DNA of 64,000 nucleotides from an uncultured bacterium (GTDB lineage Bacteria; Verrucomicrobiota; Verrucomicrobiia; Limisphaerales; UBA8199): NCBI GenBank assembly GCA_963749495.1, contig CAVVMW010000008.1, positions 298,830 to 362,829 of the forward strand, read 5' to 3'. Shown piece by piece: positions 55,204 to 64,000 of this stretch (position 1 is its first letter; each line of letters starts with the position of its first letter). The notes under the pieces were generated by a model. It saw only the letters and a program-made list of their open reading frames with translations, ran no database searches and was not told where the DNA came from. The position numbers and the translations under genes were made by a program.

Positions 55204-56745
55204 TCAGGGAATGAGCTCGGCGACAATGTCTGCGATTTGACGGGCGAGAAGCGGCGGGACGGCGTTGCCGACTTGCTGGTACTGTTGGGTTCGGGGGCCT
55301 TCGAAAAAATAATTGTCGGGGAAGGTTTGGAGGCGTGCCGCTTCGCGCACGGTGAGGCTGCGGCATTGGCCCGGGTCGTAATGGATGAAGTAGTGGCCGT
55401 CCTTTGAAATATGTGAGGTGATCGTGGTAGAAGGGCGGCCAAGGATCTGGACCCTGAAGCGGTCGTTGAATTTCCCGTCCCTAAGGGCTTGTGCAACATT
55501 CTTGTGGTTCGGGAGCAGTTGCGGCGGGAAGTCGGCCAGCAATGGTGAGCGGCCGTGGACGGCGGCGAAGGTGGAGACGAAGAAATAGCGGTGGAGGTCC
55601 TCCCGAATGTGGAGTCGGGTTGCGTGATTGCAGACCGCAGCGAGGCGATCGTCTGTGAACCATTCAGCGTAGGCGCGCACCGTGCGCCGGGTCGCCGGAA
55701 CGATTTCGCTGCCTCTTGGGAGGTTCCCGTTCAGTTCTCGGAGCTGCCGGCGGATTTCACACCGTTGGGCGTCGGTGACTTTGGGGCTGGCGAACCAAGC
55801 GGATTCCGGGATGGTCAGCAGCGCCTGCCGCCAAGCGTTTGCTGAATCAGGCTCTCTGGAGAGGCCACTCCTGAGGGGCGGGAGATCGGAGATGACGTCC
55901 TCAATGGGCACCGGGGACTTCGGCTGGAGGAGTCGGGCGTTCGCCTCGTCCTCGGCGTTCATGCCGAGGATTATGATCCGGTGGCGCGCCTGTGGAATCC
56001 CGTAGTTCTCAGAGCAAACGAGGTAATCCTCGGGCTCATGGACGCCCGGGAGGGCTCCGTTGCGTACTACGAGGGATACCAGGCGGTAGGTCAAACTGGT
56101 TTCCTTGCGATTAGGGGGTGGCCCGTAAATGGCGTCGAGGGGGTGCTTGAGGTCTTCGAGTATCTTGTGGAAGATTCCTTCCTCATTGCGCTTGGCCGTC
56201 AGGAGGCCCTTCACGTTCTCCATAACGAAGAATGGTGGCTGATGCCGGGCGATAATGCGGAGGTATTCGCGGAAAAGGAAATGGCGAGCGTCGGCTTCAT
56301 ACGTCTCGCGGCCGAACTCACCGATCAGTTTGGCGCGGCCCATGAGCGAGTAGGCTTGGCAAGGTGGCCCGCCGATCAGTACCCAGTTGATTGGAGATCC
56401 AAGCGCCGAATCGATGCGCTCGTCGATAAGGTCGTTTGGAAAATCTACACCGCCAAGCTCAGCATGCCAAGCTTCGATTGACGCCCGTTGGGCCTGCTCA
56501 GGAAATTTTGCGAATAATTGGTCGCGGGATATGACGCCGAACAGGTAATCGTAGTAATCTTCTGGCGCGCGACCGTGCGGGAACTGGCGGTAAAAGGCGC
56601 GGAGCTCGAGCGTGCGGTGGGCAAATGGGTCCTTTTCGATGGAAAGCTTAATCTTGAAAGCGGGTTCGCCGTCGCGTCTCAGCGCGGAAAAGCCCTCGCC
56701 CAAGCCCCCGGGGCCAGCGAACAAATCAATGACCGGAATCGGCAT
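55204..56745 (-). CDS. dcm: DNA (cytosine-5)-methyltransferase
   Basis: DLFAGPGG, GGPPCQ, MENV, PQARHR, TVREAARLQTFPD, QVGNAVP. Confidence 0.96.
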   Translation of the reverse strand: MPIPVIDLFAGPGGLGEGFSALRRDGEPAFKIKLSIEKDPFAHRTLELRAFYRQFPHGRAPEDYYDYLFGVISRDQLFAKFPEQAQRASIEAWHAELGGVDFPNDLIDERIDSALGSPINWVLIGGPPCQAYSLMGRAKLIGEFGRETYEADARHFLFREYLRIIARHQPPFFVMENVKGLLTAKRNEEGIFHKILEDLKHPLDAIYGPPPNRKETSLTYRLVSLVVRNGALPGVHEPEDYLVCSENYGIPQARHRIIILGMNAEDEANARLLQPKSPVPIEDVISDLPPLRSGLSREPDSANAWRQALLTIPESAWFASPKVTDAQRCEIRRQLRELNGNLPRGSEIVPATRRTVRAYAEWFTDDRLAAVCNHATRLHIREDLHRYFFVSTFAAVHGRSPLLADFPPQLLPNHKNVAQALRDGKFNDRFRVQILGRPSTTITSHISKDGHYFIHYDPGQCRSLTVREAARLQTFPDNYFFEGPRTQQYQQVGNAVPPLLARQIADIVAELIP

Positions 56746-56808
56746 CGCGGCAGCAGCATAGCGGCGATGCCGGCGTTGTTACCAGCCAGAACGGCATTCC
56801 TGGGAGGG

Positions 56809-57532
56809 CTATGGCGGGGCCGGCCGGAAGCGGTCGAACTCCTTTGGGAGCAGGTGGAGGAGTTCGTCAACGCCGAGGCCGTACAGGTACCACGTAATGT
56901 CGAGCTGATTAAGCAGGGCGGCCAAGCGGCGGGGGCCCCCGCACGCTGGAACCGGCCCCGCGCTTGAATGACTCGGACGCCGCGTTGTAATACAACCGAG
57001 TGGCCGCTTCGGCTACGGCGCGGTTGGTGACCAACTCCTTGCGGGAGGCAAGCTGCTCGACGATCTCGCCGGGTTCCGAGAGTTGCTTGCAGAGGAATGC
57101 GATGGCGCGCTTGGGGTCGTCCCGGTGGGCGCGGACTATCAAGAATGGGCCGAGAAGCAGGTGGCGGTAGAAGCGCTGGAAGTTGTCCACCTGTGCTATC
57201 AGCCGCGCTTCGTGCTGGGGGTCGCGGTTTCCATTTCCGTCGGGTGGGCACACTTCGTCGAAATAGAAGAGCGTTAGCCAAGTCCACAGGCCTTGGTCCC
57301 GCTCCGGAAGGTTGATGCCCGTGGCGTCAATAATGTCACTGAGGAACACTCCCGCCTCCAGTCTGTTCTTGAAGGATCGGGCTGGGAGGTCCACGTCGCC
57401 GGGCATCGGGTCTGTCAGGGCGGGATCTTCCAAAAGCTGGAGCGGGGGTTGGAGTGACGGTTCGAGTGTGAGCCGCGCTCGGTAAGTGGCGAATGCGGCG
57501 ACTCCGTCGGCGTTAAAGCGTCGTAGTTTCAT
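56809..57532 (-). CDS. Conserved hypothetical protein (frameshift at ~56935)
   Basis: GLWTWLTLFYFD..CP and YRHLL.GP; the alternative frame continues RRLAALLNQLDITWYLY..LPKEFDRF to TAG at 56809. Confidence 0.7.
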
Positions 57533-58303
57533 CGGCGTTCTTCCTCTTCAAAGTTTAAGTCCCACATTGTTTTGAGCTGGTGCCGGCGGCCAAATGCTGC
57601 CACAGCCTCTTCAATCCATGCCTCGCGACCTTCTGTGTTGGCGGGAGGAGGCGGAGCACCCAAGCCGCCGAGATTCCTGGCGAAACGTACCCAGTCAGTT
57701 TTCCAGCCGTCGTCCTCGTCGTCCTCGGTCCAGGCGTCCTCGCCGACTAAGGCGGAGCTCAACAGGCGCCGGAGGATCTCGGGATAGACCAAGGCGATGA
57801 ATTGCGGTGACCGAGCCATTTCCTTCCAGGTCGGACGGGCGTCCCGGTTGACCAGCAGCTTGGGCGGATCGCTTTCCAGGTCGAGTTTCCAGAGAAGTTG
57901 ATCCAGAGCATCGGGGACGGGTTCCAGTAACGGGCGGCGTTGAGCGATGTCTTCGCCGAGTTTGACAAAGGGGATGCCATCTGCCTCGCCCAGCAACTTG
58001 TGGTGCTCCTGGCCGGGCGGCTGGACAACTCGTACGCGGAACAAGATGCCGTCAGGCACGTCGAACTCGGTAAGGCGGCGGTTAATCGAGGGGCGGATTG
58101 CTGAAACCGTGCCCCATGGGAACTGCATCCAGAGGTTTTGGCGGTGTGCCTCCACCCAGACTTCGGCATTGCGAGGAAAGCGGTAGCCCGCGAGGCGCAG
58201 GTCAGCCTCAAACACCCATGTCCCCCTGTCTTCGCGCAGAAGCACGGACACGTCCTGGCGCTCGAATCTTTCGCCGGCCTGTGTAGTTAAACGTTCTCTT
58301 CAT
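57529..58303 (-). CDS. Conserved hypothetical protein (starts MKRTFNYTGRRKI; frameshift at ~58265)
   Basis: ATG at 58303 overlaps the upstream gene end; joins the 240-aa ORF; ATGA coupling to the next gene. Confidence 0.7.
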
Positions 58304-60221
58304 TTTCGTTCTTCATTTCAATGGTACGCACAACGAGGTCGCGCTTCTTGTCGAAACCGCAGACCCCGAATTGGAAGTCGGGTTTTCTTATTTCGATTTC
58401 GATGATGTTGGCGTCCTCGTGTGTTACGAGGACGCCGTTTGGCTTGGGCTCCTGGCGGAGGGGTTGGCGGATGAAGATAAAATCATCCGCGGCCCAGCGC
58501 TTGATGGCGTTCCCACGCCGCACGGCGTAGGCGGCCTGAATTCGGACCCGCATCGGGAGCGACTCGGGGGGCACTGTTCCGGGCTTGAGGATGAAACCGC
58601 CATCCACCTGGTGAATGTCGAATTTCTTGGGAGCTGTTCGTGGTGGCGGCGGCGGCGGCGGCGGGGGTGTAGCTGGCCCCGGGCCGGGTTTGGGTTTTGG
58701 CTGTGGCTCTGGTCGGCCACTCTCGGTTGGCAGGAAAAAGAGGTCGAGCAGCAGGGTGGGATCGCCCTGGGTCTCGCCCGCGTGAAGTGCCTGCATAACC
58801 TCGTAAACGCTGCGGGTTACGAACTTGATGGTTTCCGGACCGTAAACGTAGTGGCCGTGGAATTTGGGCGAATCCTTCTGCCATTGAGTGTGGTTCACCC
58901 CTTCGGCGTCCCCCAGCAAGCCAGCGAGCGGTGGGTGTTCGACGACGACAAGAGAGCGGTTGCCCTGCAACGGCGGAGCGCGGACGTCTTTGATGACGAT
59001 GCCGTCGCGGAGGAAGATGGGGCGGTGGCCGGCGTCTCGGCATGGAGCGATGAAGACGGTAAAGAACGACATAGTTTCCGCGCCGGGTTCCTCCTGGCCT
59101 CTGGCTTTCGGGCGAACCCGTACGGGTATCCTGACCCCGACTTTTTGATTGGCTTCGACCAGAGAACGTATTTGCGCGAGCTGGGGCTCGGTCAGGAGGG
59201 CGGTGCCGATGGTGCGCCAGTCCGGGCGGATGGCGGCGGTTTGGTCCAAGGCCACGATCTCGGCTGGCTTCGCGGTGGATGCCCACAGAGCAAACTCGAC
59301 TACTGCGGCTTCCGGCGCGAGCAGGAGTGCGCGGTGTGTCGGCAGGGATTCAGCGTCAATTCGCCAAGGGCCACCGGGTCCTTCGAGATCGACTACCAGC
59401 TCTCCAAGCAGGATTGGCCAGAAGAAGTTGCGGACGAGCCCGCGCCTGAGGTCCTCCATGTTAAGCCGTTCGTCCGTGCAGGGCACGACAACTGAGAGAC
59501 CAAGCTCCTGGGCCCGAATCAGGCCGAATGTGTTTTTGAAAGTGCTTATGAACGCGGGGTCCGTGACGGGCATCACCTGCGCGTCACCGGTTCGGCAGCC
59601 GAACCATGCGTCGGGCTGGTAGTCCTGACCGGCGATGGAGTGTGTCCGAACGACAGCGGATCCCATGAGGACCTCGATCGGGGCGTCGCTGCGGATACTG
59701 AGGCCGAACATAGAGTGAAGGCGGCTGGCGGTTGGAAAGACTTGTTTGCCGATGCCCCAGCGGCCGAGGCTCTCACCAGATTTGGCAGACCGGCCCTCGG
59801 CCCTGAAAAAGCTGAAGAAGGCGTTTTCCTCGGCCTGATTGAGGCGCCACTCTTCGGCATTTCCGTTCAGGCCCTTGGTGCCGAAATCTTCGAAAACGAG
59901 GAAGCCCGCTTCTCCGTCGAAGATGTCTGCAAAGGAGCCGTTCAGGAGTCCTTTTTCAAAGTGGTCTTTCGCGGGGTTGAAGAGGGTGGACATGGCCTTT
60001 TTTGCGTCCGGGGGTGCATTTGAAACGAAAGTGATTCGGACTCGGACCTCGCGCTCGTTGGCAGCGCCGCGTGTCGCCGCGTCCAGCGAATTCTGGATGG
60101 CTTCGCGGATGAGGGCCTCGCTCAGATTCTCCAGGCTCTCGGCGGTGAAAAAGGCGTCGTTGGCCGAGTCGCGCATTCGGTCGCAGGGGCGCCGCGGGTT
60201 GAAGTGCCATTGGGGGTTCAT
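58287..60221 (-). CDS. GHKL (MORC/Hsp90-like) ATPase-domain protein
   Basis: IREAIQNSLDA (N box), FEDFGTKGL (G1), GRWGIGK (G2); Pro-rich linker before a C-terminal domain. Confidence 0.78.
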   Translation of the reverse strand: MNPQWHFNPRRPCDRMRDSANDAFFTAESLENLSEALIREAIQNSLDAATRGAANEREVRVRITFVSNAPPDAKKAMSTLFNPAKDHFEKGLLNGSFADIFDGEAGFLVFEDFGTKGLNGNAEEWRLNQAEENAFFSFFRAEGRSAKSGESLGRWGIGKQVFPTASRLHSMFGLSIRSDAPIEVLMGSAVVRTHSIAGQDYQPDAWFGCRTGDAQVMPVTDPAFISTFKNTFGLIRAQELGLSVVVPCTDERLNMEDLRRGLVRNFFWPILLGELVVDLEGPGGPWRIDAESLPTHRALLLAPEAAVVEFALWASTAKPAEIVALDQTAAIRPDWRTIGTALLTEPQLAQIRSLVEANQKVGVRIPVRVRPKARGQEEPGAETMSFFTVFIAPCRDAGHRPIFLRDGIVIKDVRAPPLQGNRSLVVVEHPPLAGLLGDAEGVNHTQWQKDSPKFHGHYVYGPETIKFVTRSVYEVMQALHAGETQGDPTLLLDLFFLPTESGRPEPQPKPKPGPGPATPPPPPPPPPRTAPKKFDIHQVDGGFILKPGTVPPESLPMRVRIQAAYAVRRGNAIKRWAADDFIFIRQPLRQEPKPNGVLVTHEDANIIEIEIRKPDFQFGVCGFDKKRDLVVRTIEMKNENEENV

Positions 60222-60249
60222 TGCAGTCGTGGTTTTGGATTTGTTGGCG

Positions 60250-61383
60250 CTACGACTTTAGCTGGGCGTGGAAGTCCTTACCGGGCTGGGTGATGATATA
60301 GGTGACGCGGAGACCGTGCTTCTCTCTCGCGAGGAGGCCGAGGTCCACCAGCCGGGAAATCGCACCGGTCCGCTGGGTGGTCAAGAATGTCTTGGTAATG
60401 GCTTGGTCGGACAGCAGGTTGAAGCGTTGGCGCAGGCACTTGTCCACGGCGTCAGGAGTATTAGCGCCTGACTGGATGCCGTCAAGGATGGCCGCGTAAG
60501 CGGATGTTTCCTCGGGCACGGAACACAGGATGTGAGCGAGCAGGAATTCGATCTCTTCCTGGCTCAACTTACGGGCTGGCGGCGTCCCGAGGGCATCGAG
60601 CACCGGGTTTTCGAGGAGGGCGAAATCGGCACCCGCCTTTGTCAAGGAGAGGCGCGGCTCCTTCGCAGTGTCGATGGCAACGAGCCGGAGGGCTGCCGGG
60701 AAGCCCGCAAGCTGTTCCTGGCGCATGTTGCCAACAAACTGGTTGCCGAATCGGAGCCGACTCTCGCCGCCGCCGTCGATGGCTGTGGAGGGGAAAGCTG
60801 CGGAGAAAGCGTGCTCGCGGCGTGTTTGGAGCCGATCATCTAAGACCTTGAGGTAGTCCCCCAACCAACAGGCGGCGTATGAGATTTTGTTGCTGGCCTC
60901 GGTTACCGGTATGCCGGCGGGATTGGCCAGCAGTAGATTGAACAAGGCGCGGCAGGTGGCTTTGGGCGCGAGAAACTTGTTGAATTGGCCGAAGAGCCAT
61001 TAGGCAGGCGGCAGGTTAGTGGCGCCGGGTTGTGAGACAGGGGCTGGCTGGAGGAGGTTGATCCTTTCTGCGCTCGTGGCCTTTAGCGCGAATGTTTCCG
61101 GTATCGCGTGGGTTTGGCCCGTGTCGGTAGCGTTGGTTCGCGCGGTTGTGTTCTGTGAGGGCTGACGGCTGGGTTCAGTGCATTCGGTTTCCGCGGGGCC
61201 GCTTGCTTGGCTGGGCGCGGCAGCGGGAAAGACCTGGCCGGCGTTGCCCACGATGTGGTGCAGCACATTGTAATTCACCAGAGCCATCGAAACGGCTTCG
61301 GAAATGTGGCGAAAGTGTCCGGTTTCTAGAATAGCATCGAGTGCCTTCTTGGCTTCTGTACTAGCATCGAAGCAAATGAGCAT
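60250..61383 (-). CDS. Hypothetical protein (~377 aa) with an in-frame TAA at 61000-61002
   Basis: The 127-aa and 231-aa ORFs share a frame: NLPPA*WLFGQFNKFLAPKATCRALFNL; C-terminal wHTH-like GAISRLVDLGLL..YIIT..G. Confidence 0.65.
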
Positions 61384-61417
61384 AGATACAGTATAGGTGC
61401 TATAAGTGGTATGTCAA
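61384..61417 (-). promoter_or_regulatory. Sigma70-type promoter TTGACA-N16-TATACT, 6 nt upstream of ATG (leaderless)
   Basis: tgtcaa at 61412-61417 and agtata at 61390-61395 on the + strand. Confidence 0.65.
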
Positions 61418-61687
61418 CGCTTTTGTGTGGAAAAGTACAGAAGCTGTAAATAATATCGGCATTACATTAATTGCATCTGAGGTGACAAGAAATGTCGTGA
61501 CGAGGCGGCAGGGTGCTCGTTAGCAGCCGGTGATCGGTTATCGCTGAGTGGAAAACTGAGGGCGTAAAAGGGTCGCCCATTAGGGCGAGTGTCAATGAGA
61601 ATGGTCCGGAAGAAATGCACGGGGTTTCTCAGCCGCATTTTCTGAACTTCAAAAGCGCTCCATGGCGTGCAGGATGATCACTTCGAG

Positions 61688-61804
61688 CGGCGGGAGACGA
61701 CCATGACCCTGGCCGGGGTCGTGGAGACGTTGCACATGGGCACCAAAACCCACCTGGTTCACCTGCTCTCTCGGCAAGGAAAGGAGAAGAGAAACAAGCG
61801 ATGA
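61688..61804 (+). pseudogene. Probable C-terminal remnant of a Y1/RAYT-like transposase
   Basis: RRETTMTLAGVVETLHMGTKTHLVHLL resembles the terminal HTH of verrucomicrobial transposases (recollection). Confidence 0.35.
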
Positions 61805-61921
61805 CTTAATTATCTAAACTAAGAACCTTTCACTTCATTACCCGGAGGGGCATCGCCGCCGAAGCCCTCACGACCTGGCTTCAGAAAAACGGATAGAGGC
61901 GGTAGTCGCCCCCAGCAGCGG

Positions 61922-62134
61922 CTATGGCCTGCGCCATTTGTCGCGTCCGCCAACATTCGTGTCGCGAACACGCTCGACGTGTGGCGCCACGCCAGGATTC
62001 AATTCCCTCGCTTTTTCGATAGCTTCTTTCTGAGTGGGGGCGACCGCAGAGGCCCTCTCGGCGTTGGGCCTTCTCACGGCGTAATCTCCATCCGGACGTT
62101 GCTCGACGAACAACCTTTCTTTGGATTTGCTCAT
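61922..62134 (-). CDS. DUF2188-like small protein
   Basis: YAVRRPNAERASAVAPTQKEAIEKAR; own ATG at 62134. Confidence 0.75.
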   Translation of the reverse strand: MSKSKERLFVEQRPDGDYAVRRPNAERASAVAPTQKEAIEKARELNPGVAPHVERVRDTNVGGRDKWRRP

Positions 62135-62232
62135 ACGGTGCGAGCTTATCGCCAGAGGCCCATGAATGCAAGGCAATAATACTGTCCCCGAATGACCGGG
62201 GAGCCGGACAAAATAGTAACAATTAGGTGCCA

Positions 62233-63616
62233 TTACGCAGCTTCCTCGGCTTGAGCCGGGGGGTTGGCGACGCGAATTCGCAGGTAATCGCTTTGGTTTA
62301 AGCGATCCCAGAACTTGGTCGAATTGGTTGCCATACAGAGCGCAGCGCAAATCCAGGACGTGGGTAGCTCCCTCTTCTGACCAAAGCATGCCGGAGCACT
62401 TGCAGCGTCCGCCGATAACCGTTTTGCAGCCGGCTTCGACCACCCCCGAGCCGTAGAAAAATCCCAAAGCGCGGTAGGTGGCGTAGAGCATACGGCTCTG
62501 GTTGTGCTCGAAGTATGCGATCTGCTTGCCTGCTGATTCAGCAGTCTGAGCGGCCAGTTTGCCCGTCCTTTCCCGGGCTTGACGCAGGACTTCCTCCACG
62601 TCGTCGGCCAAGAACTGCTCGCGCCAAGTTCGCCACAGGGCCTGGGCGGCGGCAGGGTCCGGTTCGAGCAATTTCGTCAGGTCGGAGAGATGTTCCAGGG
62701 CGTGATACAAGTCCAGAATTTGGAAGGCCATCGGGAAGCACTTCGCCCCGTGGTCCCAAATCCAGGCAGCCCCGTCGCCCAGCAGCACCGACACCTGCGC
62801 TGCCGGCAGACGGCGGCGGAGGGCCTCCTGGCGTGCCCGCACCATGAAATCGGGTGCCTCTTCAAAGCCTGCCACGTAGCTGGAGGACTCAAAGTCCCGC
62901 AACGGCAATCCCTCCTCATCAAGGGTGGTTTGGGTAAACACACAAGCCAACTTGACCTCTCGGGTCTTGGCTGAGCCATCGGGTTGCTTGCCGGCACGGC
63001 CTTCCAATTCCTCGGGCCGCATGGGAACCCCGGTGCCATCGACGGCGATATACATGACGGGAATCAGGCCCGAGTCATGCTTGAAGGGAGGCAATTGTTC
63101 TTGGACCGCCCGCACCCGCGGTCCCATTTCCTGAGCGATGCGCTGAATCTGGCGGCCTTCGACCTGCAGCCCGCAATAGGCTTTGGCCTCGGCCGCCGCC
63201 ACGTCGAAGGGATGGCGCGCGGCCGCGCGGCAAATGATCCGCAGCACCCCGGGCGAATAGCCTGCCCACAGACCCAGCGCCTGGTCCAGCGGGGCACGGC
63301 CTTGCTCCCGGCTCGCCCAATAGTAATAGTTGCGCCGTAGGGCCACTAGCCCGAAGAGGGTCAGCGGCTCCTTGGGCCGGCCGGCGTGGCACCTTTCGCC
63401 TGGGCGGCCCTGATCCTCGGGCACCGGCAGCGCCGGGTCGTTGAGCAAATCCCCCAGAATCCCACAGGCATCGCGGAAGAGCGCCTCGCGCAGGCCAATT
63501 TCCACCGCCTCGAGATTGCGCACTCCCTGCTGTTGCCACTGCCCTTGGACTAACCGGATGAAGGCGTTGGCTTCCCGGAATCGCTCCTGCCCGACTTCGG
63601 TCTGGAGTTTTTTTTT
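62233..63616 (-). CDS. ISKra4-family DDE transposase (orfB; extra frameshift at ~62310)
   Basis: VDGTGVP, LGDGAAWIW, LDLYHALEH, GSGVVEAGCK; the corrected frame stops at 62233. Confidence 0.88.
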
Positions 63617-63936
63617 GCGTCGGGGGCGGCTTGACTCAGGCGGGTGATTTGGTCGGTGACGGTGACAAACTCCTCGGCCAGTTCGCTAAAGCGTCTGTAA
63701 TTGGCGACGAGGGGTTCGATTTGGGGGGCCTGATCGGCCGGGATGCGCTCGGCGAACTTCTGCCCATGGAAGTAGGCTTGGAGCACGTAGTAAGGGCCCT
63801 GGGGGGCTTTGGAGCCAGCGCGGGGTTTCTTGAAGAATTGGCGGCTTAAGGAGCCGCGGCGCAACCGGTCGATAGCCTTGATCTGTTCAAGGATCTGCTC
63901 GCGCCGGTCTTCGAGCTGAGAAAGCGAAGCGGTCAT
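63550..63936 (-). CDS. IS-associated OrfA (DUF6788-like)
   Basis: LRRGSLS..GPYY..NYRRF; ends past an A9 slippery run. Confidence 0.75.
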   Translation of the reverse strand: MTASLSQLEDRREQILEQIKAIDRLRRGSLSRQFFKKPRAGSKAPQGPYYVLQAYFHGQKFAERIPADQAPQIEPLVANYRRFSELAEEFVTVTDQITRLSQAAPDAKKNSRPKSGRSDSGKPTPSSG

Positions 63937-63942
63937 GGTGCG

Positions 63943-63972
63943 TATTGTATCTAACTAGATACAATATAGCAA
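63943..63972 (-). promoter_or_regulatory. Promoter TTGCTA-N17-TACAAT overlapped by an 11-bp perfect palindrome (TATTGTATCTA-ac-TAGATACAATA)
   Basis: Palindrome at 63943-63966; the -10 box lies 7 nt upstream of the orfA ATG. Confidence 0.65.
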
Positions 63973-64000
63973 CAAAAATCAATCAGCAGGCGGGCCTGCT

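Larger units (their letters stand above)
62199..64000 (-). mobile_element. ISKra4-family insertion sequence (other end probably outside the window)
   Basis: Candidate terminus GGGAGCCGGACAAAATAG at ~62199; orfA plus DDE transposase. Confidence 0.8.

Noticed and set aside
54361..61383. Assignment to Druantia II, DISARM or a Z1/AIPR-type system
   Set aside because: No helicase, DUF1998, PLD, Z1 or AIPR gene is recognisable in the cluster.
61922..63523. Apparent transposase-DUF2188 fusion
   Set aside because: Caused by a frameshift near 62310. The corrected transposase stops at 62233, the IS end intervenes, and DUF2188 has its own ATG.

Overview
GC-rich (roughly 65% by eye) bacterial window, probably Verrucomicrobiota subdivision 3 (Pedosphaera/Limisphaera-like). 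That assignment is an inference from the gene families and the dense intergenic palindromes. From left to right the window holds: (1) REP-like repeats and gene fragments, an MFS transporter and a clan AA aspartic protease; (2) a type I R-M operon with a DUF488 two-gene insert between hsdM and hsdS; (3) a hydrazine-synthase-like multiheme beta-propeller gene pair and a PQQ-propeller protein; (4) a ~14.7 kb five-gene operon of secreted proteins: two fibre-like adhesins (Kelch tip; S74 chaperone), two unknowns and a ~2600-aa protein whose C-terminus resembles Tc toxin TcA; (5) housekeeping and carbohydrate genes (GH89, lpdA, flavoprotein, lipoproteins, three CNNM/CorC genes, a deleted GH78, a metX-metW fusion); (6) a vsr/dcm/GHKL-ATPase cluster with three unknown genes; (7) an ISKra4-type element running off the right edge. 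About eleven single-base frameshifts split otherwise intact genes and are probably long-read errors. The best candidates for undescribed systems are the secreted TcA-like/fibre operon, the GHKL-Dcm cluster and the HZS-like pair. All family assignments come from motif recognition; no searches were run.
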